Positions 9,844-17,342 of a stretch of 64,000 nt of DNA are shown here, piece by piece. Numbering within the stretch: position 1 is the stretch's first letter; every line of letters begins with the position of its first letter. A model generated the notes under the pieces. That model ran no database searches. It saw nothing but the letters and a program-made list of their open reading frames with translations, and was not told the DNA's origin. This DNA comes from Rhodospirillaceae bacterium (lineage in GTDB: Bacteria > Pseudomonadota > Alphaproteobacteria > MPNO01 > UBA2964), in assembly GCA_002720855.1 (NCBI GenBank), contig PBIN01000009.1, positions 153,222-217,221 of the forward strand, read 5' to 3'. The translations under genes and the position numbers were made by a program.

Positions 9844-10332
9844 ATGAAAAATAACGACAACACAGAGGAAGATATGAGTTCGGACCCAAAAGGGGGTGGC
9901 GCAGTTTCTGCGCACATGACACCAGACAAACAGGCGAGCCATTTTAAACGTGCCCGCGAGGCACGGGAGTCCGAGATAATCGAGGACTACGTCGAGCTTA
10001 TCGCTGATTTGATTGATGAGCATGGTGAAGCTCGTGCCGTCGATATTGGCAAACGTTTGGGCGTTACGGGCGCGACGGTCAACAAAATGATCGCACGGTT
10101 AAAAATGATGGATCTCGTCAATGCGGAACCTTATCGGTCAATATTTTTGACTGATGAAGGCCGTAAAATGGCCGAGGCATCCAGGGCCCGACACCATATT
10201 GTTGTAGCTCTCCTGAGAGCCGTCGGTGTGGATGAAGCGACGGCGTGGGCCGACGCAGAGGGGATGGAGCATTGCTGCAGTCCCGAAACCCTAGCGGCTT
10301 TTGCGGAATTCGTTAAGAAACAAGGCAGCTAG
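9844..10332 (+). CDS. mntR: DtxR/MntR-family metal-dependent transcriptional regulator.
   Basis: EDYVELIADLIDEHGEARAVDIGKRLGVTGATVNKMIARL matches the DtxR-type HTH and the metal-binding C-terminal half. The true start may be the internal Met at 9916. Confidence 0.7.
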   Translation: MKNNDNTEEDMSSDPKGGGAVSAHMTPDKQASHFKRAREARESEIIEDYVELIADLIDEHGEARAVDIGKRLGVTGATVNKMIARLKMMDLVNAEPYRSIFLTDEGRKMAEASRARHHIVVALLRAVGVDEATAWADAEGMEHCCSPETLAAFAEFVKKQGS

Positions 10333-10369
10333 TTGGTCGGTTGCCAGTATCCCTGCACGCCGATAGATT

Positions 10370-11248
10370 TTGGCTATGAGATATTGTCAGGGTCCTGACC
10401 CCCAAACCAAAACACCAAACTTTATCGCACCACCAAAAGCCTGCGATGCGCATTGCCATGTCTTTGGGCCGGAAGCGAAATTTCCGTTTGCTGAGGGCCG
10501 AACCTATACACCGCCTGATTCCCCGTTTGAAGCTATGCAGATATTGCAAAAGACACTGGGTATCGAGCGCGCCGTGATTGTACAAGCAACCTGCCATGGA
10601 ACCGACAACACGGCGGCACTGGATGCTATAGCGCGGTCCGAAGGCCGCTATCGCGGCGTTGCTATCGTTGATGACAGCTTTTCCGATGATGATTTTAAGC
10701 AGCTTGATGATGGCGGGATGCGGGGCATACGATTCTCGTTCGCACGCCATATAGGTAACGCGCCGGACTTTTCATTGGTTCGCCGCATAACGGAGCGCGT
10801 GGCACCCTTGGGCTGGCATGTTGTGATCTATATGGAAGCACCGGATATTGTTGAAAATGCTGACACATTGGCAGATCTTCCATTGCCGGTAGTGATAGAC
10901 CATATGGGGCGTGTAAAGACCAAAGACGGCGTCGAACAAGAGGCCTTTCAGCTTCTGCTTGGCCTCCTGCGTGACAAGGAAGATTTCTGGGTAAAGATTT
11001 GCGGTGCGGAACGAATTTCGTCGGGTGGTGCACCTTTTGAAGATGCCGTGCCGTTTGCGCAGGCCTGCATTGAAGCAGCGCCGGATCGTGTTTTATGGGG
11101 TACGGATTGGCCGCATCCCAATATTGAGGGGCTCATGCCCAATGACGGCGATTTAATGAATCTGCTGGCGCTTCACGCCCCGGATGAGGCCACACGCAAT
11201 CGTATTCTCGTTGACAACCCGGCAAGGCTATACGGTTTTCCAGACTAG
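10370..11248 (+). CDS. Amidohydrolase-2 family hydrolase, LigI-like (2-pyrone-4,6-dicarboxylate lactonase-like).
   Basis: 292 aa, matching LigI length. N-terminal CDAHCHVFGP and C-terminal WGTDWPHP are hallmarks of the metal-independent amidohydrolase-2 fold. Confidence 0.6.
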   Translation: MAMRYCQGPDPQTKTPNFIAPPKACDAHCHVFGPEAKFPFAEGRTYTPPDSPFEAMQILQKTLGIERAVIVQATCHGTDNTAALDAIARSEGRYRGVAIVDDSFSDDDFKQLDDGGMRGIRFSFARHIGNAPDFSLVRRITERVAPLGWHVVIYMEAPDIVENADTLADLPLPVVIDHMGRVKTKDGVEQEAFQLLLGLLRDKEDFWVKICGAERISSGGAPFEDAVPFAQACIEAAPDRVLWGTDWPHPNIEGLMPNDGDLMNLLALHAPDEATRNRILVDNPARLYGFPD

Positions 11249-12039
11249 CTCTTGAGGTCCTGACCGACGTCCCAGGTAACGACGAGCTTTTCCATTGCGA
11301 CAACGGCGGCATACAGGACAACACCAACGATGCTGAGGACGGTTAATGCCGCCATTAGGAGCGGTGTGTCGATATTGCCTTCGGCAAAAACGATGAGATA
11401 GCCCAACCCTCTTTGCGCAGTGACAAACTCTGCAACGATAATTCCGATGACAGCAAAGGTGATGCCGATCTTTAATCCACTGAAGATATAGGGCAGGGCG
11501 TTGGGAAACTCGATCTTACAGAAAACTGTCCAACGATTGGCGCTAAAGGAATGAGCCATGCGGACCATAAGCGGGTCGGTGCTAAGAATGCCAGCATATG
11601 TGTTCACAACCATCGGGAAAAAGGCGATGACGAAGGCCAGGAGCACCCGAGACAGTGTGCCCAAGCCGAACCAGACAATGAACAGTGGTGCGAGCGCAAC
11701 CTTGGGCACGACCTGAAACGCAACGACCAGCGGATAAACGCTATTGTGAAAGACCGGGAAAAAAGCCAGTAAAACGCCTAGACCCATTCCAACGATTACC
11801 GCAAGCGCAAACCCCAGCAGGCATTCGCTGGTCGTGGGCCAGGTATGAATGGCAAGCAATTCCCAATGTTTGAAAATTGTTTGAATAATTTTTACCGGCG
11901 TCGGCAAAATTGCTTCGGGTACGTTGAACGAAACCACCCAAACATGCCAAATGACGAGCATTAAGAGCGCTATCGCAGTTGGGCCTGCGATCTGCCCCGC
12001 CATTGAAAATAATTTGCTGTCCGAATTGTTGTTGGCCAT
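11245..12039 (-). CDS. ABC transporter permease (NitT/TauT family).
   Basis: Six hydrophobic segments and an EAA-like loop. It overlaps the stop of the upstream gene by 4 nt. Confidence 0.8.
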   Translation of the reverse strand: MANNNSDSKLFSMAGQIAGPTAIALLMLVIWHVWVVSFNVPEAILPTPVKIIQTIFKHWELLAIHTWPTTSECLLGFALAVIVGMGLGVLLAFFPVFHNSVYPLVVAFQVVPKVALAPLFIVWFGLGTLSRVLLAFVIAFFPMVVNTYAGILSTDPLMVRMAHSFSANRWTVFCKIEFPNALPYIFSGLKIGITFAVIGIIVAEFVTAQRGLGYLIVFAEGNIDTPLLMAALTVLSIVGVVLYAAVVAMEKLVVTWDVGQDLKS

Positions 12040-12057
12040 GGCTCTAACTTCCGGCGT

Positions 12058-12822
12058 CTAGTGTTCGATCAAGCCGCGCAAATGCGCGACATATTCGTTG
12101 AATTCAGGCGTTTCCTCGATAGAGAGTTCGCGTGGTCGCGGCAGGTCGATCGTTACGATTTCGCTGATCACCGCAGGGCGGGGTGACATCACGAAGACAC
12201 GGTCTGACAGGAACACGGCCTCGCGAATACTGTGCGTTACAAACAACACAGTCTTTTTATATTCTTCCCAGATCCGCAAAAGCTCCTGATTCATTAAATC
12301 ACGAGTCATTGCATCAAGAGCGCTGAACGGCTCATCCATAAGGAGAAGGTTCGGATTATGAATAAGCGCTCGGCAAATTGCGACACGTTGTTGCATCCCG
12401 CCAGAGAGTTCGCTCGGTACATTATCTGCAAACCCTGACAAACCTGTCATTTCGAGGAGTTCGTTCGCTCTCTCAATATAATCGTCGGTCTTCAACCCGA
12501 GACTCTCGATGGGGAACAGGACATTCTTCAGGATCGTCCGCCACGGCATTAGAACAGGTGCCTGGAAAACGACGCCTGTATCGCGGCGCGGCTTGGAGAC
12601 CGCCTCGCCACCCACCGACACGGTACCCGACGTTATCGGTAACAACCCGCCGACAATCATCAACAAGGTGCTTTTGCCGCATCCGCTGGGTCCAAGGATG
12701 GAAATAAATTCACCTTCCGCGACTTCCATCTGGACTTCGCGAATAGCCTCAATTTCGTCGCGACGCGTTTGGTATGTCTTGCGGAGATTTTCGACCCGAA
12801 CATGGGCGTTGGCTTCAGTCAT
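12058..12822 (-). CDS. ABC transporter ATP-binding protein.
   Basis: Walker A GPSGCGKST, signature LSGGMQQRVAICRAL and Walker B LLLMDEPFSALD. Confidence 0.85.
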   Translation of the reverse strand: MTEANAHVRVENLRKTYQTRRDEIEAIREVQMEVAEGEFISILGPSGCGKSTLLMIVGGLLPITSGTVSVGGEAVSKPRRDTGVVFQAPVLMPWRTILKNVLFPIESLGLKTDDYIERANELLEMTGLSGFADNVPSELSGGMQQRVAICRALIHNPNLLLMDEPFSALDAMTRDLMNQELLRIWEEYKKTVLFVTHSIREAVFLSDRVFVMSPRPAVISEIVTIDLPRPRELSIEETPEFNEYVAHLRGLIEH

Positions 12823-12908
12823 TTTAGGAGGTTACCAATCAAAACTAATTACGCAAACGACCCGTTTCCCCAATTTGGGGAAACGGGTGTCTGAGACAAA
12901 TGAAACGC

Positions 12909-14036
12909 TTACGATTTAGCCGGATCGTTGTTGGCCGAGAGCTTCTTGGCTTTCGCCCATTCGGCTTTAGACAGCTTGATGTTACCAGCAAATTTATTGG
13001 TAAATAGCTTGTCGATCGCCGGGACCTTCTTGGCATTCATGTACTTGATGACCACGTCGCGGGTCCGCGTCTGATCCTTTTCGTCCATCCAGCCAAGACC
13101 GTTCTTTTCTACAGCTGGGCCAATCGACAGGAAGTTGGTGTTGCCCGAATGGATCAATAGCAGTTCGCGCGACTTGGTTTTCAATTCAGGCCGTGCCGCA
13201 ATCATGTAATCCAAAGACTTGCCAGGATCGAGTAATTGCAGTTTCAGACCTTCCATGGCGCCGTCAACGATCGCCTGAACCAGGGCTGGCTCGTTCTTGA
13301 TCATGTCGGAACGCGTGATCAGTCCGAGGTCAAGCGTTTGCAATCCATAATCGGCATACATGAAATGAACAGCAGGTGTCTTGCTGGCGAGCGACGCTGC
13401 GTTACTGACATAGTAGGTGCCGGTGCAGTCGGCCTGCTTATTGAGAACTGAGCTGATGAGCTTACTCGGATGCACAAGATTGCGTTTGATCTTGCCAATA
13501 TCGACCCCTGCGGCCCGTGCAAAGCCAGGCATCATGAGTGTGTCGCCTGAAGCAGCGGCACCAACCAATGTAGCGCCTTCAAGGTCTTTGGGAGTTTTGA
13601 TCCCGCTATCCTTGCGGCAGGAGATCGCAATAGGACTCTTTTGCAGTTTCGCACCAATGGCGACGACATCGAGGCCTTTAGAAACGCCGTTAACCGCAAC
13701 GCCATAGCTGGCTTCCGCAAAATTAACAGTCTTCGAGGAAATTGCTTTGATCGCCGCGCCCGATCCGTATCCGCGTTGAATGGAAACGTCGAGACCGCGT
13801 TTTTTCCAATAATCTGCCGCAGCAGCAAACAGGAACGTATGTCCGCCAACGAAAAGCCAGGGCAGCATGAATTGAACTTTGCGCATTTTCGACGCACCGA
13901 CTTCGCTTACGATGGCGGGGGCAACGCCCGTCGCCAGCATAACGCCAAGACCAGTACCGCCTTTAACAATTGTCCGGCGCGTAACGTTTTTTGCAGCGCC
14001 CTTGTCAGTCTTCTTAGTCATCTGTCTCCCTCTCAA
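12909..14036 (-). CDS. ABC transporter periplasmic substrate-binding protein (NMT1/SsuA-like) with a Tat-type signal.
   Basis: N-terminal TRRTIVKGGTGLGVMLATG twin-arginine motif. It is first in the operon with the ATPase and permease. Confidence 0.7.
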   Translation of the reverse strand: MRGRQMTKKTDKGAAKNVTRRTIVKGGTGLGVMLATGVAPAIVSEVGASKMRKVQFMLPWLFVGGHTFLFAAAADYWKKRGLDVSIQRGYGSGAAIKAISSKTVNFAEASYGVAVNGVSKGLDVVAIGAKLQKSPIAISCRKDSGIKTPKDLEGATLVGAAASGDTLMMPGFARAAGVDIGKIKRNLVHPSKLISSVLNKQADCTGTYYVSNAASLASKTPAVHFMYADYGLQTLDLGLITRSDMIKNEPALVQAIVDGAMEGLKLQLLDPGKSLDYMIAARPELKTKSRELLLIHSGNTNFLSIGPAVEKNGLGWMDEKDQTRTRDVVIKYMNAKKVPAIDKLFTNKFAGNIKLSKAEWAKAKKLSANNDPAKS

Positions 14037-14093
14037 TAACGGTTTCTATCTTTATGAGCCCTAAGAAACTCGGACCACGAAGAAACTCTACGC

Positions 14094-14120
14094 TGATTCC
14101 CGCATAATGCGTAGGGGAAT
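14094..14120. promoter_or_regulatory. 27-bp nested inverted repeat GATTCCC-GCATAATGCG-TAGGGGAATC in the promoter region of the ABC operon.
   Basis: Outer arms GATTCCC/GGGAATC enclose an inner palindrome CGCATaATGCG. It lies 58 bp upstream of the binding-protein gene start. Confidence 0.35.
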
Positions 14121-14139
14121 CTACAAAAATAGAGCAGCC

Positions 14140-14724
14140 CTAACCGATAGGAATTTCCATTGATTTTTGGACGGCCGGCCGCTGGGTAAGGGCGTCCACC
14201 CATCGAACGAGATTGGGGTACTCATTGAGATCAATGAAATCGAAAGCGAATGCCGCAAATCTTCCGATCGCCATCATGTCAGCAACAGAATAGTTCCCCG
14301 CAAAATATTCGTTTTCTGCGAGGTGATGATTTATGGCTTCCAGAAGAGTACGACACTGTCCTTCCAGATCGCGTGCATGATTAAGGTTCGAAAAACTGAC
14401 CGAAACATTTGTGGCGAGATAGATAAGCCATTGTTTTACCTGCCATCTTTCTTCTTCGGTTTCGCCGATAAACTGGCCAGTTTTTCCGCCGATATATTCC
14501 AGGATAGCTGCGGACTCCATTAGATGAATCGGCTCGCCACCGGGTCCGTCTGGGTCAATCAGGCAGGGCACTTTGCCGCCCGGGCTGATTTTTAAATATT
14601 CCGGTTCTTTGTTTTTGCCGCTGTGCGGGTCAACCGCGATCAAATTATAGGGTGTGCCGGTTTCTTCTAAAATGATGATTGGCCGACGGCCGTTCGCAGA
14701 CTTCCAACAATAAAGATCGATCAT
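14140..14724 (-). CDS. Glutathione S-transferase.
   Basis: 194 aa with a thioredoxin-like N-domain (VPCLID, ESAAILEYI) and a helical C-domain. Confidence 0.75.
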   Translation of the reverse strand: MIDLYCWKSANGRRPIIILEETGTPYNLIAVDPHSGKNKEPEYLKISPGGKVPCLIDPDGPGGEPIHLMESAAILEYIGGKTGQFIGETEEERWQVKQWLIYLATNVSVSFSNLNHARDLEGQCRTLLEAINHHLAENEYFAGNYSVADMMAIGRFAAFAFDFIDLNEYPNLVRWVDALTQRPAVQKSMEIPIG

Positions 14725-14919
14725 GTCTTAAATTTCCAAAATGTTACGAGACCTGTTCGCTATACGATTTTGGCCGTTACGTTCTCATAAATGTTTAGGT
14801 CAGCTAAACCGGAATTCTTTTGCGGCGCAAGGCCGCTTGTCGGATTGTGCCTGCGGCGTTCGATCAGTACACTGCGGCCACCAAAACGAAATCTCCAGGG
14901 AATTCCTACAGGAAGTAAA

Positions 14920-15828
14920 ATGGCAGACATACCGAGACTCAATGGCGTGATTGGCGCACTCGCTGCTGGGAAGCCAGCCTTTACCGCTTTTTCGACACCC
15001 GATGTGACGTCAGCGCTCGCATACAGCACCAACACGGGCTATGACGGCATCGTGTTCGAAATGGAGCACAATCCGTGGGACGGACCGGTGCTGCGCGATT
15101 GCTTGCAGTACATGCTCAATCGCGGACAGATCGCAAAATCAGCTTCTCTCGCACCGACGGTGACCCCAATGGTTCGGGTGCCGCCCAACGGCAACGAGAT
15201 GGCGCAATGGCAGGCCAAGCAAGCACTGGACCTTGGCGTTTACGGCGTGGTCTGGCCGCATATCAGCTCGGTTGAAGAAGCTTATAACGCGGTGGCGGCC
15301 TGTCGGTATCCACGGATGAGCGACGCACCGCTTTATGAGCCTGCGGGTATTCGTGGGGATGGACCAACTGGCGCTGTGCGATATTGGGGTATCAGTCAGC
15401 AGGAATATTATCAGCGTGCCGATGTCTGGCCTCTGGCACCAGAAGGCGAAATTCTTGTCATTTTGATGATCGAAGATACCAAGGGGATGGCGGCATTGCC
15501 CGATATTCTCAAGGACGTGCCGGGCGTCGGTGCCGTTTTGATCGGCGAGGGAGACTTAAGTCAGGAACTCGGCTATCCCCGCCAATACGAGCATCCAGTC
15601 GTTCTCGAAGCAATGGCGGAGATCGTTGCGAATTGTAAGGAAAATAGCGTCGCTGTCGGGCACCCGCATGTGAACGCCGGAAATGTGGAGCGCATTTTGG
15701 AAGAGGGTTACACCTTCCTGATGGCTGCACCGGTCCGCTCGACGCCTGGGTTGGACAAAGGTCTGGAACTTTCGGGACGTGCGGATGGCGGTGGTGATAA
15801 ATCCACCGAACCCGCGCCGTCTTATTGA
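14920..15828 (+). CDS. HpcH/HpaI-family class II aldolase (4-hydroxy-2-oxo-acid aldolase).
   Basis: The track ORF at 14791 is over-extended. The ATG at 14920 follows an ACAGGAAG RBS. The product reads MADIPRLNG... and contains MIEDTKGMAALPDIL. Confidence 0.7.
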   Translation: MADIPRLNGVIGALAAGKPAFTAFSTPDVTSALAYSTNTGYDGIVFEMEHNPWDGPVLRDCLQYMLNRGQIAKSASLAPTVTPMVRVPPNGNEMAQWQAKQALDLGVYGVVWPHISSVEEAYNAVAACRYPRMSDAPLYEPAGIRGDGPTGAVRYWGISQQEYYQRADVWPLAPEGEILVILMIEDTKGMAALPDILKDVPGVGAVLIGEGDLSQELGYPRQYEHPVVLEAMAEIVANCKENSVAVGHPHVNAGNVERILEEGYTFLMAAPVRSTPGLDKGLELSGRADGGGDKSTEPAPSY

Positions 15829-15850
15829 TTAATTTAGGGAGTAACTTCAA

Positions 15851-16876
15851 ATGATTATCGATTGCCACGGCCACTATACAACCGAGCCGGAAGCGCTGAC
15901 CGATTACCGCAAAGAACAGTTAGCGGGTGTCGACAATGATCCCAACTTTGTGCCGTCCGAAGCGAGTTTTGAATGCAGCGACGATGAAATGCGCGAACGG
16001 CTTGAGCCAGCTCAAATCAAATTGCAACAGGACCGTGGTTCCGATTTAACAATCTTTTCGCCCCGTGCTGTTGGGATGGGCCATCATCTCGGTACTGCGA
16101 AAACCAGCGAATACTGGGCGACGATTTGTAACAATATGGTGCGCCGGGCCTGCGACCTTTATCCGGATAACTTCGTACCGGTATGCCAGTTGCCGCAATA
16201 TCCCGGCATTGAGCCCAGAAACTGCATTGCCGAGCTGGAACGCTGTGTCAATGAGATGGGTTTTATTGGGTTGAACCTGAATCCAGACCCTTCTGGAGCT
16301 ATGTGGACTGATCCACCGATCACAGACAAATGGTGGTATCCAATTTACGAGAAAATGGTCGAGCTTGACGTCCCCGCGATGTTGCATGTCAGCGGATCGT
16401 GCAATCCGAACTTCCATCATACCGGATCCCACTATCTCTGCGGTGACACGACAGTGTTTATGCAGTTGCTCATGTCAGACCTGTTTAAGGAATTCCCGAC
16501 ACTGAAATTCATTATTCCCCACGGTGGTGGTGCCGTGCCGTATCATTGGGGCCGCTTCCGGGGTCTTGCACAAGATATGGGCCGTCCGCCATTGGATGAA
16601 CTTTTGCTCAACAATGTGTTTTTCGACACTTGCGTTTATCACCAGGCGGGAATCGATTGCATGCTCAAAGTGATTCCCACGAAAAATATTTTGTTCGCTT
16701 CAGAAATGGTCGGTGCAGTGCGCGGTGTCGATCCCGAAACCGGATATAACTACGATGACACCAAACGTTACATCGATGCGGCCGATATTACAGACGCCGA
16801 AAGAGCGCAGATTTTCTCGGAAAATGCGTTCAATGTGTTCTCTCGTCTGGAAGGCGCAATCGGCGGCCGCAAATAG
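15851..16876 (+). CDS. Amidohydrolase-2 family hydratase/decarboxylase, LigJ-like (4-oxalomesaconate hydratase-like).
   Basis: 341 aa, N-terminal MIIDCHGHYT and C-terminal FASEMV. It sits 22 nt after the aldolase gene. Confidence 0.6.
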   Translation: MIIDCHGHYTTEPEALTDYRKEQLAGVDNDPNFVPSEASFECSDDEMRERLEPAQIKLQQDRGSDLTIFSPRAVGMGHHLGTAKTSEYWATICNNMVRRACDLYPDNFVPVCQLPQYPGIEPRNCIAELERCVNEMGFIGLNLNPDPSGAMWTDPPITDKWWYPIYEKMVELDVPAMLHVSGSCNPNFHHTGSHYLCGDTTVFMQLLMSDLFKEFPTLKFIIPHGGGAVPYHWGRFRGLAQDMGRPPLDELLLNNVFFDTCVYHQAGIDCMLKVIPTKNILFASEMVGAVRGVDPETGYNYDDTKRYIDAADITDAERAQIFSENAFNVFSRLEGAIGGRK

Positions 16877-16896
16877 CTGTTTATATTAAGGTAGAT

Positions 16897-16934
16897 GAAA
16901 CCGGTCGTAATTTTACGCGGCCGGTTTCTTTTTG
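16897..16934 (+). terminator. Rho-independent terminator.
   Basis: Stem GAAACCGG, 16-nt loop, stem CCGGTTTC, then TTTTTG. Confidence 0.6.
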
Positions 16935-16989
16935 AAATTCATCGATCCCGACAAAAAATTTCATCTATGTGAAATTTTTTTTCCACAGC

Positions 16990-17032
16990 TTTTCCACAGC
17001 GAAATCGGCAGTTTTCCACAGGCTATAAATAG
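16990..17032. promoter_or_regulatory. Three copies of TTTTCCACAG (DnaA-box-like, compare TTATCCACA) upstream of the RNR genes.
   Basis: Copies at 16990-16999, 17001-17010 and 17023-17032. Confidence 0.4.
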
Positions 17033-17062
17033 TTTCACCCCGTTGCATCCACCTAATTATGC

Positions 17063-17107
17063 ACAAAATATGGTATGTTGTAGGGGTCAAAACACTAATT
17101 CTTGTTG
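17063..17107. promoter_or_regulatory. Two imperfect NrdR-box-like 16-mers: ACAAAATATGGTATGT and ACACTAATTCTTGTTG.
   Basis: ACA-N10-TGT architecture, spaced about 29 bp apart, located about 240 bp upstream of the RNR start. Confidence 0.25.
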
Positions 17108-17342
17108 ACGGGACGATTCAGCTTCGGCAAACTTCACTCCGTTCCGTCATGTTGGGGGAAGGGAAGTTCAGCTTCACGCCTGCTCCAAATTGGGCCTGAA
17201 AAGGCCAAGCAGGTGCCGGGGTTTCGACTCCTCTGAAAACTCCTGACATTACGCGGATCCGGGGATTTGGTTGTCCCGGACGATTCATAAAGTGGGGGAT
17301 CTCCGGGATTATGTCGTTGTGTAGCGTAAAGGGAGTTTTGGG

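Noticed and set aside
17215-17232. tRNA T-arm-like GGTTTCGACTCC.
   Set aside because: An extra T breaks the GGTTCGA(N)TCC consensus, and no cloverleaf context is present. It lies inside the nrd leader.
17040-17342. Possible cobalamin riboswitch in the nrd leader.
   Set aside because: No B12-box core (GCCACTG-like) could be found by eye. The leader is kept as generically structured and not called a riboswitch.
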